The position numbers and the translations under genes were made by a program. A model generated the notes under the pieces. It was not told the origin of the DNA. It saw only the letters and a list, made by a program, of their open reading frames with translations, and did not search any database. Below are positions 14,486-22,931 of a stretch of DNA of 32,000 nt, in pieces; positions within the stretch are counted from its first letter, which is position 1; every line of letters starts with the position of its first letter. Origin of the DNA: Candidatus Nanohalobium constans (lineage in GTDB: Archaea > Nanohalarchaeota > Nanosalinia > Nanosalinales > Nanosalinaceae); assembly GCF_009617975.1 (NCBI RefSeq), contig NZ_CP040089.1, positions 480,001-512,000 on the forward strand, read 5' to 3'.

Positions 14486-15856
14486 ATGAACTTGCGGGAA
14501 GTAGTAGAAGGAGAAAAACAGGTCGATCACGAAGAATTTCTCAGCGAACTCAAAGAAAAAAACCAGGAACTCAACTTCATGAGAGAAATAACACAAGAAA
14601 GTAATACCGGAGAATTGAATGGAATTCCTTTCATCGCCAAAGATGCAATCTGTACTGAAGACACTACTACTTCTGCAGGCAGCCAAATACTTGAGAACTA
14701 TCAGCCTGTATTCGATGCAACAGTAATTGAAAGACTGAAAGAATCAGGCGCCAGTTTCTACGGGAAGACTCAGCAGGACGAGTTTGGATTCGGAACATTC
14801 TCAACCAACTGCGCCTTTGGAACACCGAAAAACCCTCACGACAAGGAAAGAGTTGTAGGAGGAAGTTCGGGCGGTGCTGGAGCAGTTGTCGCAGCAATGG
14901 ACAAACCATTAATCTCACTGGGAGAATCTACAGGCGGATCAATCACCAATCCAGCAGCATACAATGGCGTAGTAGGAATCACTCCAACATATGGAAGAGT
15001 TTCTCGTTATGGTTTGGTTGACTACGCTAACTCTCTGGATAAGATTGGAGTTCTAGCTAGGACCGTTTATGGAACAGCAAAAGGACTGGAAATAATAGCT
15101 GGAGAAGATGAAAACGATCAGACAACTTCCAGCAAGGAAGTACCAAACTACTCAGAAAACTTGGATGAAACGGAGGGCAGAGTTGCTGTACCGAAACAAT
15201 ACTTGGAACTTGATGGAGTAGAGGAAGGAGTCATGGAGAACTTCCAAGATTCTATCGACGAACTAAAACAAAGAGGTTTTGAAGTTGAGGAAGTTGACAT
15301 GCCGCTTCTATCAGCAGATATCGCCGTACCAGCTTACTATGTACTGGCAATGAGCGAAGCCTCCACCAACCTAGCAAAAATGAGCGGAATGCGTTACGGA
15401 ATGGAGAAAGATCCTGAAGACTTTGAAGATTTCAACGAATACTTCTCAGAAGTTAGAAGCGAAGGATTTGGCGAAGAGGCTAAGAGAAGAATCCTATTGG
15501 GAACATATACTCGCCAGGCAGGTTACCGTGACCAATACTATATCAAAGCTGCTAAAGTCAGGACAAAGATAATTAATCAGTACAAGGAAGTATTTGAGGA
15601 ATTTGATGCTGTTATCTCTCCTTCAATGCCGAATATTGCTCCGAAAATCGAGGAAGCAGAAGATATGAGTCCGTCAGAAATTTATGCCATGGATACTTTG
15701 ACTGTTGGACCTAACCTGGCTGGCATGCCGATGATAAGTGTTCCTAATGGGAAAAGTGAGGGAATGCCGACCGGTCTTCACATTGTTGGAGATCATTTCA
15801 ATGAACAGAAGATACTGGATATCGCCTATACATATACAGGAGGTGATTCTCAGTGA
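14486..15856 (+). CDS. gatA: Aspartyl/glutamyl-tRNA amidotransferase subunit A
   Basis: 456 aa with the amidase signature GGSSGGAGAVVAA and the blocks IPFIAKDAI and TTSAGSQILENYQPVFDATVIERL. Confidence 0.95.
   Translation: MNLREVVEGEKQVDHEEFLSELKEKNQELNFMREITQESNTGELNGIPFIAKDAICTEDTTTSAGSQILENYQPVFDATVIERLKESGASFYGKTQQDEFGFGTFSTNCAFGTPKNPHDKERVVGGSSGGAGAVVAAMDKPLISLGESTGGSITNPAAYNGVVGITPTYGRVSRYGLVDYANSLDKIGVLARTVYGTAKGLEIIAGEDENDQTTSSKEVPNYSENLDETEGRVAVPKQYLELDGVEEGVMENFQDSIDELKQRGFEVEEVDMPLLSADIAVPAYYVLAMSEASTNLAKMSGMRYGMEKDPEDFEDFNEYFSEVRSEGFGEEAKRRILLGTYTRQAGYRDQYYIKAAKVRTKIINQYKEVFEEFDAVISPSMPNIAPKIEEAEDMSPSEIYAMDTLTVGPNLAGMPMISVPNGKSEGMPTGLHIVGDHFNEQKILDIAYTYTGGDSQ
15839..15847 (+). 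promoter_or_regulatory. Shine-Dalgarno element for gatB
   Basis: GGAGGTGAT lies 5 nt before the GTG at 15853 and is complementary to the canonical 16S 3' end (AUCACCUCC). It sits inside the end of gatA. Confidence 0.6.
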
Positions 15857-17337
15857 GTGAGGAAGAAACTGATGTAATGATTGGTCTAGAGACTCACATA
15901 CAGTTAGATACTGAGACTAAGTTATTCTGTGGCTGTCCAAACGAAGAAGCCGAAGAACCAAATACTCATGTCTGTCCTACATGTCTCGGTCATCCAGGTT
16001 CCAAACCAAGATTGAACAAGAAAGTACTGGAGCATGCAGTCAAGACTTCGCAAGCTCTTCAGTGCGATGTGAATGAGGAAGTGTTCTTCTCTCGTAAGAC
16101 TTACTTCTATCCAGACCTTTCTAAGGACTACCAGATCACCCAGTATGAGGTCCCTGTCGCTGAGGATGGAGAAGTGGAGATCAAGGTAGGTGACGAAAAG
16201 AAAGACATCGGAATAACACGACTTCACATAGAGGAAGACCCAGCAAAGACTCGGCACAAAGGAGGAGACATCGGAAACTCAGACTATACACTAGTCGACT
16301 ACAACCGATCCGGCACACCACTACTGGAAATAGTAACGGAACCAGACTTTACATCACCGAAAGAAGCACGAGCATATCTGCAACAGCTCGCCCAGATGCT
16401 GGAATACCTGGAAATATACTATCCAGAAAGCAACTTTGCACTGAAATCCGACGCCAACATCTCGATCGACGGCGGCCAGAGAGTTGAAGTCAAAAACATT
16501 ACCGGAACAGCGGGGATAGAAAAAGCACTAAGCTACGAAATCAGCCGGCAGAAACAGTTGAAGAAACGTGGTCGAGAAGTCAGCCAGCAGACTAGAAGCT
16601 ACAACCAGAACCAAGAAATAACAGAAAAACTCAGGGAAAAAGAAACGGAAGAAGACTACGGATACATCTTCGACCCAGACCTGACCACACAGGAGCTGGA
16701 TGAAGAATTCAGAGAAAAATTGAGGGCAGAAATTCCAGAACTGCCTCACGAAAAATTCAAGAGGTTCAAAGAAGAATACGGTCTGAAGGATAAACTAGTT
16801 GAAGCACTGGTTTCAGTACCGGAAATGGCTGATGACTTTGAGAGACTTGCAGAAGAATTTGATACAAATTTGGCTGCTTCATGGATGGTCGGGGAGTTAA
16901 AGAAAGTCCTAAACTATAACGAAGTAAGTTATGATGAAGTTAATGTTGAATCTGGTGCTCCAGACTTCCTATATGTTGGATTGCGTGTAGTCTTAAGCCA
17001 TCTTGAAGCTGGAGAATTTAACCAAAGGAAAGCAGAAAAGTATCTAAGAGACTTCGTTGAACAAGGCTTAGATCCTGAAAAAGAGTTTAGCATCGATGAT
17101 CCAAAAGCAGATAACATTGATCTTGGGCTTAATCTAAAAGATTACAAGAAATCAGGCGATGACGAAATCACCGAATTCGTCAAGGAAGCTATTGATGAGA
17201 ATCCTGATGCGGTAGAGGACTACAACTCTGGTGATGAGGAGGCTGTCAACTTCTTGGTCGGCCAGGTTATGAGTATTTCTCAGGGTAAGGCTGATCCGAA
17301 AACCGCTAGAGAGAAGATTTTGGAAGAGCTTGAATGA
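15853..17337 (+). CDS. gatB: Aspartyl/glutamyl-tRNA amidotransferase subunit B
   Basis: 494 aa with IGLETHIQLDTETKLFCGC and HVCPTCLGHPGSKP, and a C-terminal YqeY-like tail (VNFLVGQVMSISQGKADPK). The GTG start overlaps the gatA stop (GTGA). Confidence 0.95.
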   Translation: MSEEETDVMIGLETHIQLDTETKLFCGCPNEEAEEPNTHVCPTCLGHPGSKPRLNKKVLEHAVKTSQALQCDVNEEVFFSRKTYFYPDLSKDYQITQYEVPVAEDGEVEIKVGDEKKDIGITRLHIEEDPAKTRHKGGDIGNSDYTLVDYNRSGTPLLEIVTEPDFTSPKEARAYLQQLAQMLEYLEIYYPESNFALKSDANISIDGGQRVEVKNITGTAGIEKALSYEISRQKQLKKRGREVSQQTRSYNQNQEITEKLREKETEEDYGYIFDPDLTTQELDEEFREKLRAEIPELPHEKFKRFKEEYGLKDKLVEALVSVPEMADDFERLAEEFDTNLAASWMVGELKKVLNYNEVSYDEVNVESGAPDFLYVGLRVVLSHLEAGEFNQRKAEKYLRDFVEQGLDPEKEFSIDDPKADNIDLGLNLKDYKKSGDDEITEFVKEAIDENPDAVEDYNSGDEEAVNFLVGQVMSISQGKADPKTAREKILEELE

Positions 17338-17347
17338 GTGAATTTTG

Positions 17348-17812
17348 ATGGAAGGTTTTGAGGAAGTTCAAAGGTTCAGGCAGAAGTGGCTCTGGGCTCT
17401 GGTATTATCTCCTTTTATCCTAGTTTTTGCATCATTCTACATTCAGAATAGTTTCCAAGGACTTCCGGTTATGATTGCGGCTTTAGCAGCTACAGTTGGT
17501 TTCCTTTACTCTGTCAAACTAAATGTCAAAGTTGAAGATGATGGCATACATATCAAACTATTTCCTCTTCATCTGAAGGATAGAGTAATCAATTTTGATG
17601 AGATAGAGAGTTTCTCAGCTGAAGAATATCGGCCGATCCGAGAGTTTGGTGGGTGGGGTCTGCGCTGGAGACCTGGAAAAATAGCTTACAGCACCGGAGG
17701 AAGTAAAGGAGTTAGAATCAAGCGAGAAGGTAAAAGAGATGTTATGATCGGCAGTAGAAAACCTGAGAAGCTGGCAGAAGCTATTAGAGATATGAAATCC
17801 GATGAGTTTTGA
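17348..17812 (+). CDS. Membrane protein: two TM helices plus a PH-like soluble domain (function unknown)
   Basis: WLWALVLSPFILVFASFYI and LPVMIAALAATVGFLYSV are hydrophobic helices, followed by a basic beta-rich domain. ATG 17348 is preferred over TTG 17345. Confidence 0.55.
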   Translation: MEGFEEVQRFRQKWLWALVLSPFILVFASFYIQNSFQGLPVMIAALAATVGFLYSVKLNVKVEDDGIHIKLFPLHLKDRVINFDEIESFSAEEYRPIREFGGWGLRWRPGKIAYSTGGSKGVRIKREGKRDVMIGSRKPEKLAEAIRDMKSDEF

Positions 17813-18050
17813 AGAAGCAAAGGAAAACTTTGAACAGGTTTCGGAGACTGACGATGTCGGCGAGAAACGGTTTTTGATGTACAGAGCCCTGGAGAATATT
17901 CTATCTCAGTTAGAGAAAGAGAATATATCTGATCTAAATGGTTACCTCTACAAACTGTCTCAGGACTTTCTTACCTCTTCCAGTACCTATGAGAAAACTC
18001 AGAAAATGGAGAAAATACTGGATTATGTTGAGAGAAAAAGATCAGACTAG
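17802..18050 (+). CDS. Hypothetical helical protein (82 aa)
   Basis: The ORF overlaps the upstream gene by 11 nt, suggesting coupling. Acidic helical composition, no motif recognised. Confidence 0.45.
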   Translation: MSFEEAKENFEQVSETDDVGEKRFLMYRALENILSQLEKENISDLNGYLYKLSQDFLTSSSTYEKTQKMEKILDYVERKRSD

Positions 18051-18254
18051 TTTGAAACCTATCTCAGTTCCGTTCTCATCCTGATAAATTCTCAAAGGAA
18101 CTTTGCCTTCAAGTGGCTGGATTAGTTTGTTGTCGCCGAACTCCATGTTTAACTGATCTTCATCTTCTAGTGCGTCGGCGATGTCTCTGAGTAGTTCTGC
18201 CATGTCTTCCTGACTTAGCTTGAATTCTTTCTGCATTTCTGTCATAATAATCAA
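18042..18254 (-). CDS. Small amphi-Trp-like domain protein
   Basis: 70 aa. KLSQEDMAELLRDIADALEDEDQLNMEFGDNKLIQPLEGKVPLRIYQDENGTEIGFKL parallels the ORF at 25060-25314 and my recollection of the haloarchaeal amphi-Trp domain pattern, though it lacks the Trp. It lies 28 nt downstream of the AAA ATPase gene on the same strand. Confidence 0.45.
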   Translation of the reverse strand: MIIMTEMQKEFKLSQEDMAELLRDIADALEDEDQLNMEFGDNKLIQPLEGKVPLRIYQDENGTEIGFKLV

Positions 18255-18282
18255 TAGAAATTAGAGAGGAAATGAAGATTTT

Positions 18283-19554
18283 TTAGGCGAACATCTCGTT
18301 TGGATGTTTGTTTTCGCCGCTTAGGAAGTCTTTTTCTACGCCCATGTTTCCTTCTTTCAGGTCTTGGACTGCTTCTAGGAAGTCTTCCATGTTGACTTTT
18401 GCTTCTGAGTAGTCTTCGTAGCGGTCGAGTGCGTTGACTGCTGCCTGTTTGACGATCTGCTGAATATCTCTTCCAGTGAATTCATCGTCCAGTTCCTCTG
18501 CCAAGAGTTCAAGATCAAGTTCCTCTTCCAAGTCCATTTTTCTTGTGTGGACTTTGAGGATTTCTTCCTTAGCTTCGTCGTTCGGTACAGGCACTTCGAT
18601 CGCACTTGTACGGTTGAGTAGTGCTGGATCCATTATGTCTGGTGTGTTTGTGGCGAAGATACTGATTACATTTCCTTCTTCGCTGTCCAAGCCATCAAGC
18701 TCAGACAACAACTGGCTCATGGTTCTTTCGACTTCTTCTCCACCGTGTCTCCTGTCGTCAAGCCTTTTCTTGGCGATTGCATCGATTTCGTCGATGAATA
18801 CGATTGATGGTTTGTCAGAAGCTCTTGCCTGTTCGTATAAGCGTTTGACTTTCTTGGCTCCTTCTCCAATGAATTTCTCAACTAGTTGTGGACCGTTGAT
18901 CATGAACATTTCTGCGTCGTATTCATTGCTGAGTGCTTTGACCATGTGTGTCTTTCCGGTTCCTGGTTTTCCGATTAGTAGTATACTTTTGTCCATGTCC
19001 ATGCCCCATTCCTGGATACGGTTCAGTTTGTCAGAGTTCAACTGTGCTCCTACATTTGATGATAGGCTTTTGATGACATGATCCAGTCCTCCGATATCCT
19101 GGAAGGTTACGTCTGTTTCTATGGCCTGGAATTCTGCGTCCTGACCTTTACTGACAACATCTGTTACTTTGAAGCTGTTAGGGTCCAGTGCTACTTCCGT
19201 TCCGGGCTGCAGGTCTTCTGGGCTGTATCCTTGTGGTACTTCGACTCCGTAGCGTCCTTTCATGTTTCCACTGGCTTCTACCCAGATTCGGTCTCCGTCG
19301 AATTCTGAGACAACTACGCCTCTCATCACAGGTGTTTTCAGGTTGGTACTGTTCGGGTTTTTCTTCCCGGCTTTACCTCGCTGCTGCTGGAAGTACTGTG
19401 GGAACTGTACTCGCTGCTGTTTCTTCTTAGAATTTTTCTTATCCTCGCCTTTCTTCTCCGCTTCAGAAGTATCTTGTTTTTGTTCTTCAGTCATTTGTTC
19501 CACCTCTTCAAGTAACCGGGACAGATAATCTCTAAACTTATCCAAAAATCCCAT
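18283..19554 (-). CDS. pan: Proteasome-activating nucleotidase-like AAA+ ATPase (divergent PAN)
   Basis: 423 aa. An N-terminal coiled coil and Lys/Gln-rich linker precede an OB-like block (VMRGVVVSEFDGDRIWVEASG...LQPGTEVALD). Walker A GKPGTGKT, pore loop KFIGEGAK, Walker B IVFIDEIDAI. The C-terminal M-F-A resembles an HbYX tail. Confidence 0.8.
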   Translation of the reverse strand: MGFLDKFRDYLSRLLEEVEQMTEEQKQDTSEAEKKGEDKKNSKKKQQRVQFPQYFQQQRGKAGKKNPNSTNLKTPVMRGVVVSEFDGDRIWVEASGNMKGRYGVEVPQGYSPEDLQPGTEVALDPNSFKVTDVVSKGQDAEFQAIETDVTFQDIGGLDHVIKSLSSNVGAQLNSDKLNRIQEWGMDMDKSILLIGKPGTGKTHMVKALSNEYDAEMFMINGPQLVEKFIGEGAKKVKRLYEQARASDKPSIVFIDEIDAIAKKRLDDRRHGGEEVERTMSQLLSELDGLDSEEGNVISIFATNTPDIMDPALLNRTSAIEVPVPNDEAKEEILKVHTRKMDLEEELDLELLAEELDDEFTGRDIQQIVKQAAVNALDRYEDYSEAKVNMEDFLEAVQDLKEGNMGVEKDFLSGENKHPNEMFA

Positions 19555-19583
19555 CTACACGGATAAACCTTGACAATCCCAAC

Positions 19584-19591
19584 TTTATAAA
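19584..19591 (-). promoter_or_regulatory. Candidate TATA box for the PAN-like gene (leaderless transcript implied)
   Basis: TTTATAAA lies 30-37 nt upstream of the ATG at 19554, with no SD element between them. Confidence 0.35.
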
Positions 19592-19681
19592 TCAAAACAA
19601 CTTACCCTGGACCTAAACCCGCTTTAAAAAATAAGGACCAAACCCTTACATCCAAGAAGGAACAGGTGAAATCTTACTTTT

Positions 19682-21091
19682 ATGAAAAACACAAAGATAA
19701 TCTCAACAATAGGACCAGCAACAGACTCTAAAGAAAAGATTACAGAAATAATCGAAGCAGGAGTAAACGTAGTAAGACTTAACTTCTCACATGTAGATCA
19801 CGAACAGCACGGCAAAACATTCGACCGTGTCCGAGAAACAAGTGAGAAAACAGCGGTAATGGCTGATACAAAAGGACCTGAAATCCGTTTAGGTGAAGTG
19901 GAAGAAGATACAGAGCTTAAGTCCGGAGAACAAATTATACTAACAGTCGAAGAAGAAGTTGGAGATGATGAAAGGCTTCCTGTACAGTACACCGATCTTC
20001 TGAAGAATTTAGAGGCAGGAGACGAAGTAAGAATCGATGACGGGAAGATAGAACTAAATGTTATTGAAGTAGGTGAAGATGAAGCAGTCTGCGAAGTAAT
20101 CTTCGGCGGCGAAGTCTCCACTAGAAAGGCAGTGAATGTACCCGGAAAAGACATCGGCTTAAGAGCACCAACAAAGAAAGATAGGGAAGACATCATTTTT
20201 GCAGCGGAGAAAGGCTTTGACTTTATTTCACTTAGCTTCGTAAAGCATGCTGATGATGTAAGAGAAGTCAGAGAGATTCTAGAAGACCACGGATCAGAAG
20301 CACATATCATCTCCAAGATCGAGCACCGCAAAGCAGTCGAAAACTTTGATGAAATCCTCAAAGAATCCGACGGAATCATGGTTGCCCGTGGAGACCTCGG
20401 AGTTGAGATGCCGGCAGCAGAACTTCCCGGTCTACAGAAAGAAATGATCAGAAAATGCAACAGAGCAGGCAAACCAGTCATCACCGCCACACAGATGCTC
20501 GAATCAATGACCGAGAACTCCACTGCTACAAGGGCAGAGATATCCGATGTCGCAAACGCAGTCCTAGACGGAACAGACGCAGTCATGCTCTCAGGAGAAA
20601 CAGCAATCGGAGACTACCCAGTAAAGACCGTAGAATTCATGTCCGAAGTAGTAAAGGAAGCCGAAAACACCGTAGAAAAACAGGTACACCACACAGTCAA
20701 AGAAAAACCCAGCGACACACGAGAAATAATCTGCAAAAGCGTCTGGCAAGCATCAAACGACGGAGACTCAGACTACATCGTAGCACACACATCCTCAGGA
20801 AGCACAGCACGGAACATCGCGAAACACCGGCCTGAAACAGACATCATCGCGTTCACTGATTCCGAAAGAGTCGAAAGACAACTACAGCTGGTTTGGGGCG
20901 TACAGCCATACTATGAGGAGTTCGGAGATAATGTAGACGAAATGGTCGAAGGCTCAGCTGAACGGATGAAGAGACTTGACCTAGCTGAAGGAGACGATGA
21001 ATTAGTCCTGACAGCAGGGATACCAACATCGGTCACAGGAACCACCAACATGATGCAGATGAGGACAATAGACAGCATTCTAGGGAACTGA
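19682..21091 (+). CDS. pyk: Pyruvate kinase
   Basis: 469 aa with KIISTIGPA, VRLNFSH, TKGPEIR and MVARGDLGVE. GGTGA SD-like element at 19665-19669. Confidence 0.95.
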   Translation: MKNTKIISTIGPATDSKEKITEIIEAGVNVVRLNFSHVDHEQHGKTFDRVRETSEKTAVMADTKGPEIRLGEVEEDTELKSGEQIILTVEEEVGDDERLPVQYTDLLKNLEAGDEVRIDDGKIELNVIEVGEDEAVCEVIFGGEVSTRKAVNVPGKDIGLRAPTKKDREDIIFAAEKGFDFISLSFVKHADDVREVREILEDHGSEAHIISKIEHRKAVENFDEILKESDGIMVARGDLGVEMPAAELPGLQKEMIRKCNRAGKPVITATQMLESMTENSTATRAEISDVANAVLDGTDAVMLSGETAIGDYPVKTVEFMSEVVKEAENTVEKQVHHTVKEKPSDTREIICKSVWQASNDGDSDYIVAHTSSGSTARNIAKHRPETDIIAFTDSERVERQLQLVWGVQPYYEEFGDNVDEMVEGSAERMKRLDLAEGDDELVLTAGIPTSVTGTTNMMQMRTIDSILGN

Positions 21092-21144
21092 TTTATCTCT
21101 CATTTTCCTTTATATTCATAAAATATTTCTGTGAACTGATTTTT

Positions 21145-21762
21145 GTGACCGAGGAATCAGAAGCGTTTTCCGCCGAGAAAATCTACCAAGAAGTCAAGGA
21201 ACACGGTGCTGCTGGAGCAGGAGTTATATCAGGGTTGGGTATACAAACTTTGGAAGTCTATCCTGAGTTAGTAGAGGACACGGTACCGCTTGTTCAGGAA
21301 GTTCCTGAGAAGTTTTTCCAGACTTATCTGGATGGCTGGAATGGAGACAAATTCTTTCACTTTGCCTTTTCTTATGGCTGTGCACATTTCATAATTGAAG
21401 GAATGAACCAGGTAGATTTAGAGGATAATTACGTGACTAAGGCAGGTGTAGTTTACGGAGCTACTTTTGTGGGCAGATGGATGATGAAGGAGAAGAGAAT
21501 AGACCCTGAAGCTGACCCAGTAGATATGTACGCTAATTTAGCGGGTGCTTCAGCAGCTATACTTGAGGACCAATGGCGTAGCGACTTTTCACCAGTTGAA
21601 TATAGAGGGAAGACTTCTCAACTACTTGGTTTAATCGAAAATATCTACAGCAGGCATCAAGAGGATAAAGAATCCTTGGAAAGCTATGAATTTGGTAAGG
21701 AGGAAAGACAAGCAATCGAGCTAATCTATTCCGACAATCCAGAAAACAAGTTTGACGATTAA
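21145..21762 (+). CDS. Hypothetical protein (205 aa, GTG start)
   Basis: Long ORF filling the interval with coding-like composition. No motif recognised. Confidence 0.5.
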   Translation: MTEESEAFSAEKIYQEVKEHGAAGAGVISGLGIQTLEVYPELVEDTVPLVQEVPEKFFQTYLDGWNGDKFFHFAFSYGCAHFIIEGMNQVDLEDNYVTKAGVVYGATFVGRWMMKEKRIDPEADPVDMYANLAGASAAILEDQWRSDFSPVEYRGKTSQLLGLIENIYSRHQEDKESLESYEFGKEERQAIELIYSDNPENKFDD

Positions 21763-21831
21763 AAACCAGTTTTAAGAGAGCATTCCATACGAGTTATTCT
21801 AGAAATCGATTGAAGTCACAGCTTAATATTA

Positions 21832-21966
21832 CGAGCCCGTAGGGATTTGAACCCTAGACCTTTCGGTAACTTCTGTCGAAGATGTGAAATCTTCTATTTA
21901 CCTTGTCCTTTATCAGGACTTAAGGTTCCGAAGCCGAATGCTCTGTCCAAGCTGAGCTACGGGCCC
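21832..21966 (-). tRNA. tRNA-Arg (anticodon UCG) with a 60-nt intron at the canonical 37/38 position (intron 21868-21927)
   Basis: Hand-folded from the reverse complement: GGGCCCG-TA-GCTC-AGCTTGGACA-GAGC-A-TTCGG-CT-TCG-G|intron|A-CCGAA-AGGTC-TAGGG-TTCAAAT-CCCTA-CGGGCTC-G. All stems pair, with one G-U in the acceptor. The mature length is 75 nt. Confidence 0.85.
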
Positions 21967-21994
21967 CTTTATGTACAGTTTACAATTACTGGAG

Positions 21995-22002
21995 TTTTAA
22001 AT
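21995..22002 (-). promoter_or_regulatory. Candidate TATA box for tRNA-Arg
   Basis: On the minus strand, ATTTAAAA lies 29-36 nt upstream of the tRNA 5' end at 21966. Confidence 0.35.
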
Positions 22003-22081
22003 ACCGGATCTTTTGTACGGTGAAATCGTTAAGTCTGTATGGCAGGATAAATAAAGATATCTATTCTTTCTAGGTTTTACA

Positions 22082-22492
22082 ATGTCGTCAATAGGACAAA
22101 ATCCTAATATACAGGCGGGTGAAACAGGCTATGGAGAATCTCTTGAACACCTGAAAGAGAACGCTGACAGATATGATTTTGATTATGAGAAAATTGAGTT
22201 AGCGGCGAGGATTGTTGAAGCCGAATACTTACATGAGAACTATGGAGAGGTTGACAAAGAGTTTGAGGACACTTTCTTCTCGCAGGCAGGTAGCTCAGGA
22301 TTTGAGCAGATTCTCCAGGGAGCTAAACAGGAAATTGATGAAGAAGTATATGAAGCGGGTAAAGCCTACCTGTTGCTGAATGGATCAGAGGTTATCGACC
22401 TAGGTCACACCGAATACATGGAAGAGTATGGATTCGACCGGTTAAAACCAAATCCTGCAGAATGGTTCGGTAGCGAGTTCAACGACGAATAA
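22082..22492 (+). CDS. Hypothetical acidic protein (136 aa)
   Basis: ORF with local acidic composition. An AT-rich TATA-like stretch (TAAATAAAGATAT) lies ~25-35 nt upstream. No family recognised. Confidence 0.5.
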   Translation: MSSIGQNPNIQAGETGYGESLEHLKENADRYDFDYEKIELAARIVEAEYLHENYGEVDKEFEDTFFSQAGSSGFEQILQGAKQEIDEEVYEAGKAYLLLNGSEVIDLGHTEYMEEYGFDRLKPNPAEWFGSEFNDE

Positions 22493-22568
22493 AAACTCAG
22501 GTCTATAGTATGCCTTGGGGAACCCTCAGCCAAAAACCTCTTATTATTTGTTAGGTTATAGTGAAAAT

Positions 22569-22928
22569 ATGCCAGATTCCTCATCTGACGCAAAACCTTT
22601 GAGTACCTATGTTAACTCAGATTTAACGGATCTTGACCAACAGTATTTGGCAGAATTAAAGCCAGTTGATGGGAACGAGCCTTACCTAACCATACACGAC
22701 GAAACTCTAGATGAAGAAAATATTGCAACTATTGGACTCTCAAGTAGTGAAGCTGCATTACTAGAAAAGTTACAGGAGTATGAAGAAAAGATAAACCGAA
22801 ATATGCTTGACAATGACGACGAAGATAAATATGGCTGCTTCATAACTGGAGACGACAACTTTGTTATCTATGATCGAGACAACCCAGAAGCCTGGATTCA
22901 ATCGGATTTCTCTGTTGAGGTAGGTTGA
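22569..22928 (+). CDS. Hypothetical acidic protein (119 aa from ATG 22569)
   Basis: The track ORF starts at TTG 22515. ATG 22569 (MPDSSSDAKPL...) is preceded by an AT-rich stretch at the distance expected for a leaderless start. No family recognised. Confidence 0.45.
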   Translation: MPDSSSDAKPLSTYVNSDLTDLDQQYLAELKPVDGNEPYLTIHDETLDEENIATIGLSSSEAALLEKLQEYEEKINRNMLDNDDEDKYGCFITGDDNFVIYDRDNPEAWIQSDFSVEVG

Positions 22929-22931
22929 TAT

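Noticed and set aside
14413-14604. 63-aa ORF just upstream of and overlapping gatA, considered as a possible gatC
   Set aside because: It is strongly basic (RRRKTGRSRR...), overlaps the gatA start in another frame, and has none of the GatC helical pattern. gatC is not visible in this window.
18476-19081. 201-aa plus-strand ORF, and the smaller ones at 19078-19528, opposite the PAN-like gene
   Set aside because: They are antisense to an ORF with Walker A/B and pore-loop motifs. The translations are Ser/Leu-rich with no motifs.
19798-20586. 262-aa minus-strand ORF inside pyruvate kinase
   Set aside because: Antisense phantom ORF, extremely Ser-rich (SSSPTSSSTVS...). The pyruvate kinase frame carries all the canonical motifs.
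20455-20835. 126-aa Arg-rich plus-strand ORF inside pyk in another frame
   Set aside because: It is an alternative frame of a well-supported gene. Its RRxR-rich translation is a frame-shifted reading of GAA/GAC-rich sequence.
21868-21927. Possible C/D-box sRNA embedded in the tRNA-Arg intron, as in the haloarchaeal tRNA-Trp intron
   Set aside because: There is only one CUGA, with an imperfect UGAUAA next to it. No second C'/D' pair is present and there are no terminal C and D boxes. The sequence is better explained by two simple hairpins.
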